A stretch of 64,000 nucleotides of DNA from Clostridia bacterium (GTDB taxonomy: Bacteria; Bacillota; Clostridia; JAAYHZ01): contig JBMNIH010000006.1 in the NCBI GenBank assembly GCA_050950825.1, forward strand, positions 160,001 through 224,000, written 5' to 3'. The notes beneath the pieces are model-generated. The model was given only the letters and a program-made list of their open reading frames with translations. It ran no database searches and had not been told where the DNA came from. The translations under genes were made by a program, and so were the position numbers. The first letter of the stretch is position 1, and each line of letters opens with the position of its first letter. Of the stretch, positions 1 to 9,930 are shown piece by piece.

Positions 1-473
1 AAACCGATGATTCTGTCAGCATCTCGAACCGCCGCAATTTGCGGTGTCGTAACGACAATCGCTTCATCGGCGCCGGCAATTGCATTTCGAAATCCGTGCT
101 CGATACCTGCAGGACAGTCAATCAATATGTAATCGAATTCTTCTTTCAGCATGTCAACAAGCTTGATCATCTGTTCCTGGTTGACCGCCGTTTTATCTCG
201 CGTCTGTGCGGCGGGCAATAAATAAACACCTTCAAAACGCTTGTCCTTAACCAATGCTTGCTTTAATCTGCATGTTCCTTCTATAACGTCAACAAGGTCA
301 TAAACGATCCTGTTTTCGAGACCTAACACCACATCCAGATTTCTCAGTCCGATATCGGTATCTACCAATACTACTTTCTTTCCTAATAAAGCAAGTGCCG
401 TTCCTAGATTCGCTGTTGTTGTCGTCTTCCCCACTCCGCCCTTTCCGGAAGTGATGACGATTACTTTATCCAT
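1..473 (-). CDS. minD: Septum site-determining ATPase MinD (3' end runs off window)
   Basis: Not in the ORF track. Manual minus-strand translation from ATG at 473 gives MDKVIVITSGKGGVGKTTTTANLGTALA...DTDIGLRNLDVVLGLENRIVYDLVDV...DCPAGIE, the deviant Walker A MinD signature; lies directly downstream of minC. Confidence 0.96.
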   Translation of the reverse strand, partial: MDKVIVITSGKGGVGKTTTTANLGTALALLGKKVVLVDTDIGLRNLDVVLGLENRIVYDLVDVIEGTCRLKQALVKDKRFEGVYLLPAAQTRDKTAVNQEQMIKLVDMLKEEFDYILIDCPAGIEHGFRNAIAGADEAIVVTTPQIAAVRDADRIIG

Positions 474-498
474 ATAGTTTCCTCCCGTTTATAACTCC

Positions 499-1227
499 TT
501 ACTTTTTATTCAAAAAAACTGACAAGGGGTCGATAAAAATGCTGTTGCCTTCAATGTTCGCTACTTCCGGCTCCGAAGGTCGATAAGATCCGTCGGAATC
601 ATCCGGCGGTCGGGTTATCAAATCGGCAATCCGCAATTGCGTCGGTTTCAACCGGTTTGCCACGATATATGCGCTGCGGTCTCCGTCCGTACCTGCATGT
701 ACCAAGCCTTTAATGGTTCCCATTACAACGATGTTGCCCTTAGCCTTAATTTCGGCACCGGGATTGACATCGCCTAAAACAAGCACATTGCCGTCGTATT
801 CGATTAAAACACCGGACCTTACCGTTCCTTTAACGAACTTCGTAAAATCGTTTTTATTTACTTTCATACCTGAGGATCGGCGAGACTGCCTGTTATTACC
901 TAACTCGGCTCCGAAAGACCAAGAACTTTCCCCGGAGGAGCTAAAAGAAGGGAATTCCCTTTTAATCGTTTCTTGACCTTGATAAGGAATAATTTCCTTC
1001 ACGGTGATTTCCCCGATACTTTCAAACAACTCCTTCATTTTTGCTTTATCTTGATCCGTCAGTTCTTTTCCGGAATAGCCTAATGTAATGGTTTCTCCTT
1101 TAAAAAAGTCTTTTGACTTATGTAATTTTTTCTCTGTCTCCGAAAATATATCGTCCATGGATGCCGATTCATCCAACAATAAGCGAAATATTTTCTTTTC
1201 AGCTTTAAAAATCACACAATTTTCCAT
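499..1227 (-). CDS. minC: Septum site-determining protein MinC
   Basis: C-terminal beta-helix motif GTVRSG...GDVNPGAEIKAKGNIVVMGTIKGLVHAG; start set at ATG 1227 behind GAGAGGAAG; between mrdA and minD. Confidence 0.93.
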   Translation of the reverse strand: MENCVIFKAEKKIFRLLLDESASMDDIFSETEKKLHKSKDFFKGETITLGYSGKELTDQDKAKMKELFESIGEITVKEIIPYQGQETIKREFPSFSSSGESSWSFGAELGNNRQSRRSSGMKVNKNDFTKFVKGTVRSGVLIEYDGNVLVLGDVNPGAEIKAKGNIVVMGTIKGLVHAGTDGDRSAYIVANRLKPTQLRIADLITRPPDDSDGSYRPSEPEVANIEGNSIFIDPLSVFLNKK

Positions 1228-1350
1228 TGATTTACTTCCTCTCAACTGCTTTCGTGCCCGTCTTTTCATTCATATCATTTTCATTTTACTATAACTCAAC
1301 CTTAAAAACAATCATGAAGAAAAGGCGAAAGAAAAATTATCTAATTCTTA

Positions 1351-3456
1351 TTACGGTATCCAAAAGGATCCTACCGACTGCAGTGCGGTATCGTCCGCAT
1401 CCAAATTGAAATAAGCCGCCAAAATGTCTCTTGCCACAGGCGCCGTATAGGATCCCCAAACGCCTTTTTCAATGACAACGGCTACCGCAATTTCCGGATC
1501 ATCGGCAGGTGCAAAGCAAACGAAAAGTCCGTTGGATGAGCTTTCGCTTTCCTTACCGGTTTCCGCCGTACCGGTTTTTCCCGCTATCTTTATCGGGAAG
1601 TCGGAAAAGTACTGGTCCGCGGTTCCTTCCGCCGTTTGGGCCACACGCTGCATGCCGTCAATGATAATATCCAAAGTCTGCCGGCTGACGCCGGTTTCTT
1701 CGTATTCCGGCTCCGCTTTGTATACCGTATTGTTGTTGTGATCGATAACTTCTTTGATAATATGGGGCGTCATTCTTTTTCCGCCGTTGGCGATGGTAGC
1801 CGCGTAATTTGCCAGCTGCAAGGGAGTAAAGCCGTTGTACAGCTGTCCGATGGCGGTCTGCGCCGTATCGGCAATCCACCATTCTTCACCCTTTTGAGTA
1901 TATTTAAAGTTTCTGTTGGATCGATGTCCCCGGTTTTCTCCCGGAAGCTCAATTCCGGTGTATTCTCCCAACCCGAATTTTTGAGCCCACTTGTCGATGT
2001 TGCTAATACCGGTTTCCACTCCCAACTTGAAAAAATACAGGTTGCAGGAAGTGGCGATGGCACGCTCAATCGTTAAATGACCGTGGATTCCCATGCCCAT
2101 AACATATTCCATACAATAGAATCGCCTTCCCCCTATTTCAGAGGATCCGTCACATAAAATGGTTTTTTGAGGAGTCAAAATACCTTCCTCCAAAGCGGCG
2201 ATTCCGACAAGGGGTTTAAAAGTAGAACCGGGTGCATAGGGTGCTTGCAGCGCTCGGTTAAACAAAGGCCTTCTTTCATTGTCGAATATCAATTCCAATC
2301 GTTTTTCCTGCGCTTCTTGGCTGTTGTCGATAAATACGGAAGGATCATATCCCGGGTAGCTTGCCAAAACCAACACTTCGCCTGTTTTAACGTCGATGGC
2401 CACGGCGGCGCCGGCGTTGGCATCACCGAAGTTTCCTTTCGCTTCGTCCTTTTGGGAAACTATGCTTTGAATTGTTCTTTCCAGCGATTCCATCGCGACT
2501 TTTTGCAGTCGGGTATCAATGGTTAAGATGACGTCATTTCCCGGTATGGCAGGTATGCCTTTCAATTCGGTCATGATGCGACCGGATTGGTCCACTTCCA
2601 TTTTTCTCAAACCGTTTTCCCCTCTTAAATACTGTTCCGCCGCCGCTTCCACGCCGGTTTTCCCTATGTAATCGCTGGAGGAATAACCCGGATTGTTTTC
2701 CAATTCGGTTTGGTTGATCATACCGATATATCCTAAGACATGGGCCGTATTTTCCGCATTGACATAAATTCTTTGCGGTACCACGTTGGCCATCAATCCG
2801 GGCATCAAATGATTCTGTTCCTCTATTTCGGCGATGGTTTGGTTGCTTACATGGGCCGCCAATTTCACCGGGCTTCCGGTGAAGAACATCCAGCCGTGAG
2901 TGATAATCTCATAGCGCATCGCCATAATGGCGTAAATTTCATCTTGGGTTAAGGCAGAATCAATATGAAAATATTCGTCACGCAAATATTCGTAAAAGGC
3001 TTTCGGATCGTAAATGACGTTTTCTTTTTTAATGTTAAACGTATCGATATTCGCTTGCCAATTTTGTATTTGATCCGGGGTCATGTCTCGAAAAGAAAAA
3101 GGATCCACGGTAAAATACTTGCTCAAATTGTCGATGTAACTGTCCCCGTTCTTGATTAAGATCCGATACAAGGTCAATAGCGCTTTGTTCATACCTTCGT
3201 CTTTTAAACCCGCTTTTTGGATATACAGGTCGTAGGTCTGCGTATTGACGGCAAGAGGCAGGCCGTTTCGGTCCAATATGACCCCTCGATAGGCTTGGGT
3301 TTCAATGTCCTTGTAGATTCGCATTCCGGAACGGTCTCTTTCTTCTTCGCCGTGAATAATTTGCATGTCATATAACCGTGCGAAGTAGAGGAATACGACA
3401 CACAAAAAAATAACGACTACAAAAAAGATTCTTTTTCCGTAAATATTCAATCTCAC
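1351..3456 (-). CDS. mrdA: Penicillin-binding protein 2 (class B transpeptidase)
   Basis: N-terminal TM, RGVILDRNG dimerisation motif, PGSTFK (SxxK), SCN (SxN) and KTGT motifs; in the mre operon. Confidence 0.93.
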   Translation of the reverse strand: MRLNIYGKRIFFVVVIFLCVVFLYFARLYDMQIIHGEEERDRSGMRIYKDIETQAYRGVILDRNGLPLAVNTQTYDLYIQKAGLKDEGMNKALLTLYRILIKNGDSYIDNLSKYFTVDPFSFRDMTPDQIQNWQANIDTFNIKKENVIYDPKAFYEYLRDEYFHIDSALTQDEIYAIMAMRYEIITHGWMFFTGSPVKLAAHVSNQTIAEIEEQNHLMPGLMANVVPQRIYVNAENTAHVLGYIGMINQTELENNPGYSSSDYIGKTGVEAAAEQYLRGENGLRKMEVDQSGRIMTELKGIPAIPGNDVILTIDTRLQKVAMESLERTIQSIVSQKDEAKGNFGDANAGAAVAIDVKTGEVLVLASYPGYDPSVFIDNSQEAQEKRLELIFDNERRPLFNRALQAPYAPGSTFKPLVGIAALEEGILTPQKTILCDGSSEIGGRRFYCMEYVMGMGIHGHLTIERAIATSCNLYFFKLGVETGISNIDKWAQKFGLGEYTGIELPGENRGHRSNRNFKYTQKGEEWWIADTAQTAIGQLYNGFTPLQLANYAATIANGGKRMTPHIIKEVIDHNNNTVYKAEPEYEETGVSRQTLDIIIDGMQRVAQTAEGTADQYFSDFPIKIAGKTGTAETGKESESSSNGLFVCFAPADDPEIAVAVVIEKGVWGSYTAPVARDILAAYFNLDADDTALQSVGSFWIP

Positions 3457-3962
3457 GCAGCCCCTTTCTCATCGGACATTGACCTTAAAAGCAAATTGTA
3501 GATGAAATAAACGGCGGGAGTCAACAAAAGATTTAAAATCATAACCGGTGCAACGGTTTTGCCGAATAAAGCTCCTACGGTTACCCCCATACGAAAGTAA
3601 CCGAAAAACAGCCAGTTTAAAACCTCATACAAAAAGGAAGCGGCCGAAACAAACAACAAACAGAACAAAATGTTGTTTTTCATCAGCTTGTTTCGAGCAA
3701 AAGATACGGCGATAGCGGTTCCGCAGAAAAGCAGAATATGAAAACCGATTTGCTTGCTGTAAAGCATATCCTCGATCATTCCGGATAAAGCGGCATAGGC
3801 ATAAGGGACCCATCCTCCGGGAACAATCATGGCTACAACCACAACGGTAATCAACAGTATATTAGGAACGACACCTTGAAGGTATAAATATTCCCCTATG
3901 GATACTCTTAAAATCAAAGGCAAAAGAAACAAAACGATTAACAAGATGATTTTTTTCTTCAT
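3453..3962 (-). CDS. mreD: Rod shape-determining protein MreD
   Basis: Hydrophobic 169-aa protein with GVVPNILLI motif, between mreC and mrdA. Confidence 0.88.
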   Translation of the reverse strand: MKKKIILLIVLFLLPLILRVSIGEYLYLQGVVPNILLITVVVVAMIVPGGWVPYAYAALSGMIEDMLYSKQIGFHILLFCGTAIAVSFARNKLMKNNILFCLLFVSAASFLYEVLNWLFFGYFRMGVTVGALFGKTVAPVMILNLLLTPAVYFIYNLLLRSMSDEKGAA

Positions 3963-4825
3963 GAAGCATCACCCGCGTTTTCGTTTTCTTCTTCGTTGCG
4001 TTGTTTTAATACATACACTTCGTCGATTCTTTTGAAATCCGCCATGGGTTTTAAAAGGGCATACCGTTCGTTCAAGGAAGGCATGTCCACTACGGCCACC
4101 ACTTCACCGATAATAATCCCTTTCGGATATATGCCTCCTAATCCGGACGTTTCGATAATATCCCCCGGCTGAATGTTTACTTCCATATTGATATTCGTTA
4201 CCCTGCAAAGCCCGCTGTTTTTGAGATTGATATCTCCTTTTACGGTCAGCGCTCCTCCTCCCGGCTTCGATATCCATCCGCTGACACCCATGGTCTGGTC
4301 GATAATCGACACCACCATGGAGGTGTTGTAATCGGTCATATATATGCGTCCGATCAAACAATTGTCATGGGTAACCACCACCATATCGCTGCCCAAACCG
4401 TCCTTCGAGCCCTTGTCAATGCGAAAATTGTCAAACCAGTTACCGGACTCCTTGGATATGACATTGCCCCCTATGATCTCGTAATCGGCAAATTTGGTTT
4501 TCAAACGAACCGCTTCTCTCAAACGAGCGTTTTCCGCCTTCAACGCTTCGTATGCTCGATGTGTGCTTTCCAACAGATTAATCCGCTCTTTGAGCATTCT
4601 GTTTTCTTCCAACAAATCTCTTTTCTCTTTAATGGTATCGATGGTATCGTTGATCTTTTTTATGTTTTGAGAAAAGAAGCTTTGCACGTACTTGGCCGGT
4701 ATCGTTACGATGTTTCTTAAAGCCTGGAGATTGCTAGCGGGATTCGTCGTGATTCCAATAACCACCAACGAAAGGATAACGGCAAGGATACTCAATACTA
4801 TTCGATTTCCAAATATTTTTTTCAA
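3959..4825 (-). CDS. mreC: Rod shape-determining protein MreC
   Basis: TM, coiled coil (ENARLREAV), IDKGSKDG, TSGLGGIYPKGIIIG; start set at TTG 4825 behind GGAGG (the ORF-track start overlaps mreB). Confidence 0.93.
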   Translation of the reverse strand: MKKIFGNRIVLSILAVILSLVVIGITTNPASNLQALRNIVTIPAKYVQSFFSQNIKKINDTIDTIKEKRDLLEENRMLKERINLLESTHRAYEALKAENARLREAVRLKTKFADYEIIGGNVISKESGNWFDNFRIDKGSKDGLGSDMVVVTHDNCLIGRIYMTDYNTSMVVSIIDQTMGVSGWISKPGGGALTVKGDINLKNSGLCRVTNINMEVNIQPGDIIETSGLGGIYPKGIIIGEVVAVVDMPSLNERYALLKPMADFKRIDEVYVLKQRNEEENENAGDAS

Positions 4826-4868
4826 TTCCAATCCTCCGTTATTCGTACCGGCAGACGAACATTCGTTA

Positions 4869-5867
4869 TTATTCCAATAAGCTGCTTTCCAAGACTTTAA
4901 TTTCCTCCAACACCTTGCCTGCACCGACAGCAACGCAACGTAACGGATCTTCCGCTATCCGTACCGGCATGGTCGTTTCCTGACTGATGACATCGGCGAT
5001 GTTTCTCAAATACGCACCGCCGCCTGCCAGCATAATGCCGTCCGTCATCACGTCGGCTAAAAGCTCCGGAGGCGTGTTTTCAATGACGGACTTGATGGCT
5101 TCCACGATCAAATCCACCTGCTGGCGTATCGGTTCCACAATATCGTAAGAAGACAACTCGATTTGCTGAGGAAGTCCTTCGAAAATGCTCATACCGCTGA
5201 AGACCCTTTTTTGTTCCTCATGATTCATGTCGGCATAGCCGATTTGGATCTTAATATTCTCCGCCGTTCTTTCCCCGATTGCTACATTGTATTTTCTCTT
5301 TACATAGTCGGCAATAGCCGCATCAATAGTGTTTCCCGCAACGTTGATGGATCGGGAAACCACAATCCCTCCTAAGGATATTACGGCGATATCGGTAGTC
5401 CCCCCTCCGATATCCACAATCATGTTCCCCGTAGGCGACGCTACGGGCAGCCCTGCTCCTATGGCGGAGGCCTTACATTCTTCAATTAAAAATACGCTTT
5501 TGGCTCCGGCTGCGTAAGTGGCGTCTTTAACGGCTTGTCTTTCCACCTTGGATGCGCATGTCGGTACACTGATAACCACCCGAGTTTTTGAAAAAGGATA
5601 TTTTCGTATTGCTTTGTTAAGAAAGTAGTCGATCAAAGCGCTTGCAATGGTATAGTCGGCAATGACTCCGCCGCTTAAGGGCTTGGTGGCGATAATTCGT
5701 CCCGGTGTGCGCCCCAGCATTTCCTTGGCTTCGCTGCCAACCGCAATAATTTTATCGGTTTTCTTGTCTTTTGCCACTACCGTAGGCTCGTCGACAACGA
5801 TCCCCTTTCCTTTCATATATACCAAGGTATTGGCCGTTCCCAAATCAATTCCGATATCTCTAGCCAT
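4869..5867 (-). CDS. mreB: Rod shape-determining actin-like protein MreB
   Basis: DIGIDLGTANTLV, DIGGGTTD, LAGGGA actin-fold motifs; precedes mreC. Confidence 0.96.
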   Translation of the reverse strand: MARDIGIDLGTANTLVYMKGKGIVVDEPTVVAKDKKTDKIIAVGSEAKEMLGRTPGRIIATKPLSGGVIADYTIASALIDYFLNKAIRKYPFSKTRVVISVPTCASKVERQAVKDATYAAGAKSVFLIEECKASAIGAGLPVASPTGNMIVDIGGGTTDIAVISLGGIVVSRSINVAGNTIDAAIADYVKRKYNVAIGERTAENIKIQIGYADMNHEEQKRVFSGMSIFEGLPQQIELSSYDIVEPIRQQVDLIVEAIKSVIENTPPELLADVMTDGIMLAGGGAYLRNIADVISQETTMPVRIAEDPLRCVAVGAGKVLEEIKVLESSLLE

Positions 5868-5925
5868 GAAGGTCTCCTTTCAATCTGCATCCGTTAATTT
5901 TGCCGGTGTCCCTAATCATTCCAAC

Positions 5926-6522
5926 CTATTTCGCATCATCCAAAAAACTTCTTCCCAACTTATTAAACATTTCTTCGAGTAAGTTGACGGGCAAGCCCAT
6001 CACGTTAAAAAAACAGCCTTCGATCCTTTTAACAAGCAAAGCACCTTTATCTTGAATACCATATGCACCGGCTTTGTCCTTGTATTCTTCGGTATCAAGA
6101 TAGCTTTCAATTTTTTTATCCGATAAACGGTCAAACCACACATCGGTGCATCGATGGTCAACCAATTGAATATTTTCGTCTTTCTTCATTATGCATACAC
6201 CGGTTATGACCTTGTGGCATTTTCCCGACAAACTTTTTAACATTTCCCGAGCATGTCCACGGTTCTTCGGTTTGCCGTAGATCATTCGATCCAAAACCAC
6301 AATGGTATCGGCGGCAATTACAAAACGATCCGGATGCAAACCGGCTACGTGTTCCGCTTTTAATAAAGCCAATTCCATTGCGTAATTTGCAGGATTTTCC
6401 CGATCCCATCTGACTTTGCTTTCATCCGTATCAGAGGGAATCACATCAAACCGGCATCCGACACTTTCAAGCAGCTCTTTTCTTCTCGGAGACTCGGATG
6501 CTAAAATCAAATGTTCCTTCAA
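5926..6522 (-). CDS. maf: Maf family nucleoside triphosphate pyrophosphatase
   Basis: LILASESPRRKELL, ADTIV, DKAGAYGIQ, NVMGLP motifs. Confidence 0.95.
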   Translation of the reverse strand: MKEHLILASESPRRKELLESVGCRFDVIPSDTDESKVRWDRENPANYAMELALLKAEHVAGLHPDRFVIAADTIVVLDRMIYGKPKNRGHAREMLKSLSGKCHKVITGVCIMKKDENIQLVDHRCTDVWFDRLSDKKIESYLDTEEYKDKAGAYGIQDKGALLVKRIEGCFFNVMGLPVNLLEEMFNKLGRSFLDDAK

Positions 6523-6537
6523 GTGTCCTCCTTTTTG

Positions 6538-6804
6538 TTACCGATACAAAATAATGGCCAAAATGGCTCCGATAATACTCCCTGCATTGATTCTCATGGT
6601 TAATCCGAAGCTAAACCGAATCAAATGAAAATCGATCAAGGGGGTGAAGTTTAAATCAAACAGTGTAATATACCCGTTTCTTCCCCCTAAACTCATCCAA
6701 GAAAAAAATTTGTACTGCGATAACAGTTCGCCTAAAAATCCCCCTGCCAAAGACAGAACAATAATCAGAAGGAGTAATATCCATCCGTTTTTCCCGTTCT
6801 TCAT
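6538..6804 (-). CDS. Small membrane protein, DUF4321-like
   Basis: 88-aa hydrophobic protein ending INAGSIIGAILAIILYR; position upstream of maf is typical in Firmicutes; start set at ATG 6804 behind AAAGGAAG. Confidence 0.7.
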   Translation of the reverse strand: MKNGKNGWILLLLIIVLSLAGGFLGELLSQYKFFSWMSLGGRNGYITLFDLNFTPLIDFHLIRFSFGLTMRINAGSIIGAILAIILYR

Positions 6805-6885
6805 ATTGCTTCCTTTCTTGTGATAAAAAGCTATGGATAATCCACACATTAGCAATTATACACCGAATAACCGAGGCATACAATA

Positions 6886-7932
6886 TCAATTTGCTCCCTT
6901 GTTCGCCGTCGATTCGGCCCGTTTTTTTAGCTTCAGGGGTCTGTCCTTGTTGATCAGGCAGAAGACTCCGCCGATAAGAAGGTTTAAATAGTAGGTAATA
7001 AACCTCCAAATCAATACGGCCGCTAATATGGAAGTCGGTTTGAAGAACCTTTTAAAAAAGATATACCCTATTCCCTCGGCTCCTCCGGCGGCACCGGGTG
7101 ACGGAATTAAACCGGAAATCATGGTGACCATGGTTTGAGAAGTCAGCAAATCGAAAAAATCGGAAACGGAAGGCTCGCATGCCGCTTGGATGAAATAAAG
7201 GACCGAACAAAAGGCCGTGATTTGAACACAAGTGGCAAGCAAAAGCTCCGCCCATTCCTTTTTATGTTCTCTCAACTTTTTTAAAGCGGAGGCCATGAGA
7301 GCGATTTCTCGATTTAAGTTTTCTTTCATTTTGACGATGCTTTTTCTTAACCTTGTTTTACTTAAAATATTGCATAACCCGTTCATGATTTTCGTCATCA
7401 AAGACCTGCTAAAAAACATACAGTAAAACAGGATTAAAGCAAGATTGGTTACGACGCCGATGACAAACAAGGGAAAGAAGCCGGCGATATTCTTTGTTAA
7501 ATAGCCAAAGTTGAGAATTAAAGTAAAAACGGTAATGGCCAGAAGAGTTCCTTGCCATACTAAGGATTTGATAACCACAACAGCGGTGGATTCTCCGTAG
7601 GTCAGCCCTTTTCTTTTTAATAGATATACGGCTACCGGCTGCCCTCCTCCCGCAAAAGGAGTAGCGGCATTAAAAAATTGAACCGCCATGGAGATGTGAA
7701 AGGAGTGTTTAAAAACGATCTTTCGGGAAACGGATTCGACCAGCTTCATCAGTAAAAATCCGTCAAACAACCAATATATGACCATTAATGCTATGGCTGC
7801 CGAAAAGTACCCGTACTTGATATTCGCCGGCATACTGCTTAATGCGGCAGGATCCTCGCTTTTAATCACGTAAACCGCCGTCAACAACGTGAATATCAGT
7901 ATAAGAAGTATGCTTACGACTTTCTTTTTCAA
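6886..7932 (-). CDS. Lysylphosphatidylglycerol synthase TM-domain / UPF0104 flippase-like protein
   Basis: FFNAATPFAGGGQP, PSPGAAGGAEG, WRFITYY motifs; multiple TM segments. Confidence 0.85.
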   Translation of the reverse strand: MKKKVVSILLILIFTLLTAVYVIKSEDPAALSSMPANIKYGYFSAAIALMVIYWLFDGFLLMKLVESVSRKIVFKHSFHISMAVQFFNAATPFAGGGQPVAVYLLKRKGLTYGESTAVVVIKSLVWQGTLLAITVFTLILNFGYLTKNIAGFFPLFVIGVVTNLALILFYCMFFSRSLMTKIMNGLCNILSKTRLRKSIVKMKENLNREIALMASALKKLREHKKEWAELLLATCVQITAFCSVLYFIQAACEPSVSDFFDLLTSQTMVTMISGLIPSPGAAGGAEGIGYIFFKRFFKPTSILAAVLIWRFITYYLNLLIGGVFCLINKDRPLKLKKRAESTANKGAN

Positions 7933-8005
7933 GAGAACTCCCGTCCCATCTCCATGGCGTGTGGATTATATTATTCGGTTTCGCGATACGTTAAAATAGT
8001 CTATT

Positions 8006-8446
8006 CTACACGACGTGGTCGTGCTCGATATCGCATGCATTGCAGCATCCGTCGCATTTTCGAATGTTATCGACGGATCCTCCCGTCTTTAAACGGTAAT
8101 CCATGATGGCGGCATGAATGGCTTCTTCGGCTAACAGCGAGCAGTGGATTTTGGCAGGCGGCAGACCTTGCAAAGCTTCAAGAACCGCTTTGTTCGTAAT
8201 GGCCAAAGCCTCGTCTACCGATTTTCCTTTTATCATTTCCGTCGCCATACTGCTGCTTGCGATGGCTGCAGCGCATCCGAAGGTTTGAAACTTCACGTCA
8301 ACGATGGTTTCGTTTTCGATCTTTAAATATATTTTCATGATGTCGCCGCATTTCGCATTGCCTACTTGGCCGACGCCATCCGGATTCTCTATAACTCCGA
8401 CGTTTCTCGGATTTGCAAAGTGATCCATAACGACTTCACTATACAT
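8006..8446 (-). CDS. iscU: Fe-S cluster scaffold IscU/NifU (clostridial type)
   Basis: YSEVVMDHFANPRNVG, CGD, FGC, LPPAKIHCS motifs; overlaps the end of iscS. Confidence 0.94.
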   Translation of the reverse strand: MYSEVVMDHFANPRNVGVIENPDGVGQVGNAKCGDIMKIYLKIENETIVDVKFQTFGCAAAIASSSMATEMIKGKSVDEALAITNKAVLEALQGLPPAKIHCSLLAEEAIHAAIMDYRLKTGGSVDNIRKCDGCCNACDIEHDHVV

Positions 8447-9623
8447 GATTATTACCTTCCTTTCTGCCGTTATACAACGGTGAAATATTTCTTAAAGTTT
8501 TTACAATACCGGGCAGCGCTTCTTTCAAATAGTCCACGTCCTCTTGGGTATTCTCGTCGGATAACGAAAACCTTACGGAGCCGTGCGCCACCTCATGGGA
8601 CAATCCGATTGCCAGCAATACATGGGAAGGATCCAAGGACCCGGATGTGCATGCGGATCCGCTGGATGCGCAGATTCCCTTCATATCCAGCATTAACAGC
8701 AGGGATTCTCCTTCGATATAGTTAAAGGAGAAATTGGCGTTTCCGGGCAGTCTGTCCGTAGGATGTCCGTTCAAGCGTACGTGATCGATATTATTCAAAA
8801 CGAAGGAAATAATGTCGTCTCGAAGCATTTGAACTTTTTTCCGATTCTCTTCCATGTTTTCTACGGCTAACTGCAGTGCCGTCGACATTCCCACGATATA
8901 GGGGATGTTTTCGGTTCCTGCACGTTTGTTGGCTTCCTGTGCTCCGCCGTGGATCAGATTGTCTCCGATTCTTCCGTTACGAGCATAAAGCACGCCAATT
9001 CCTTTCGGACCGTGAAACTTATGTGCGGACAAGGACAGCATGTCCACGTTGAGGTCTTTTACATTGACCGGAATCGTCCCTGTTGTCTGTACCGCGTCGG
9101 TGTGGAACGGGATGCCTTTGCTTTTTGCAAGCTCTCCGATTTCCGCTATAGGTTGTATGGTACCGATTTCGTTGTTGGCATGCATAATGCTGATCAAAAT
9201 CGTGTCTTTCCTTACGGCCTTTTCCACGTCCTCTATCGATACCTTTCCGTAAGAATCTACGGGAAGATACGTAACTTCAAAACCTTGCCTTTCTAAATAT
9301 TGACATGTATGAAGAACGGCATGATGCTCGATGGATGTCGTAATAATATGATTACCTTTTTTTCGATTGGCTGCTGCAACTCCTTTTATAGCCCAGTTGT
9401 CCGCTTCGCTTCCCGATGCGGTAAAGAAAATCTCTCTCGGTTTTGCTCCTAAGATTTCCGCTATTTTTGCTCTTTCCGTATCGATAACGCGCTTTGCGTC
9501 ACGGCCTATGGAATGCACCGAAGACGGGTTTCCGTATATATCCGTAAAATAGGGCAGCATGCTTTCAACTACTTTTTCCTTAACGCGCGTGGTTGCTGCA
9601 TTATCTAAATATACTCTTCTCAA
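8439..9623 (-). CDS. iscS: Cysteine desulfurase IscS/NifS
   Basis: YLDNAATT, SAHKFHGPKG (PLP lysine), SSGSACTS (catalytic cysteine). Confidence 0.95.
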   Translation of the reverse strand: MRRVYLDNAATTRVKEKVVESMLPYFTDIYGNPSSVHSIGRDAKRVIDTERAKIAEILGAKPREIFFTASGSEADNWAIKGVAAANRKKGNHIITTSIEHHAVLHTCQYLERQGFEVTYLPVDSYGKVSIEDVEKAVRKDTILISIMHANNEIGTIQPIAEIGELAKSKGIPFHTDAVQTTGTIPVNVKDLNVDMLSLSAHKFHGPKGIGVLYARNGRIGDNLIHGGAQEANKRAGTENIPYIVGMSTALQLAVENMEENRKKVQMLRDDIISFVLNNIDHVRLNGHPTDRLPGNANFSFNYIEGESLLLMLDMKGICASSGSACTSGSLDPSHVLLAIGLSHEVAHGSVRFSLSDENTQEDVDYLKEALPGIVKTLRNISPLYNGRKEGNNHV

Positions 9624-9744
9624 GGGCTACCTCCTCGTACAGTTCATAATATTATATACAAAGATTACCTTCTTATTTATAATCTTCATTTACTTTTAAT
9701 TGTATCATTATTTCACACTCATATCGCATTGTCAATAACACCGG

Positions 9745-9930
9745 TTACCGAGTTTGGTCGTCATTTTGGTCATCGTCGCTCTTTACAAGTTTCTTTGAGA
9801 ACAACCCGTATAAAAGAATTACGATGTAGACGGTCAAGGACAGCTCCGGGGCAAATCGCCACCAAAAAAGATTCATAATTAACAATAAAAAACCGATCAG
9901 CAATACCCAAGCCGTTATTCTTTTCGCCAT
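9745..9930 (-). CDS. Small hypothetical membrane protein (2 TM)
   Basis: 61-aa ORF with two hydrophobic stretches and an acidic tail; overlaps the rarA 3' end, with GGAGG shortly upstream. Confidence 0.6.
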   Translation of the reverse strand: MAKRITAWVLLIGFLLLIMNLFWWRFAPELSLTVYIVILLYGLFSKKLVKSDDDQNDDQTR

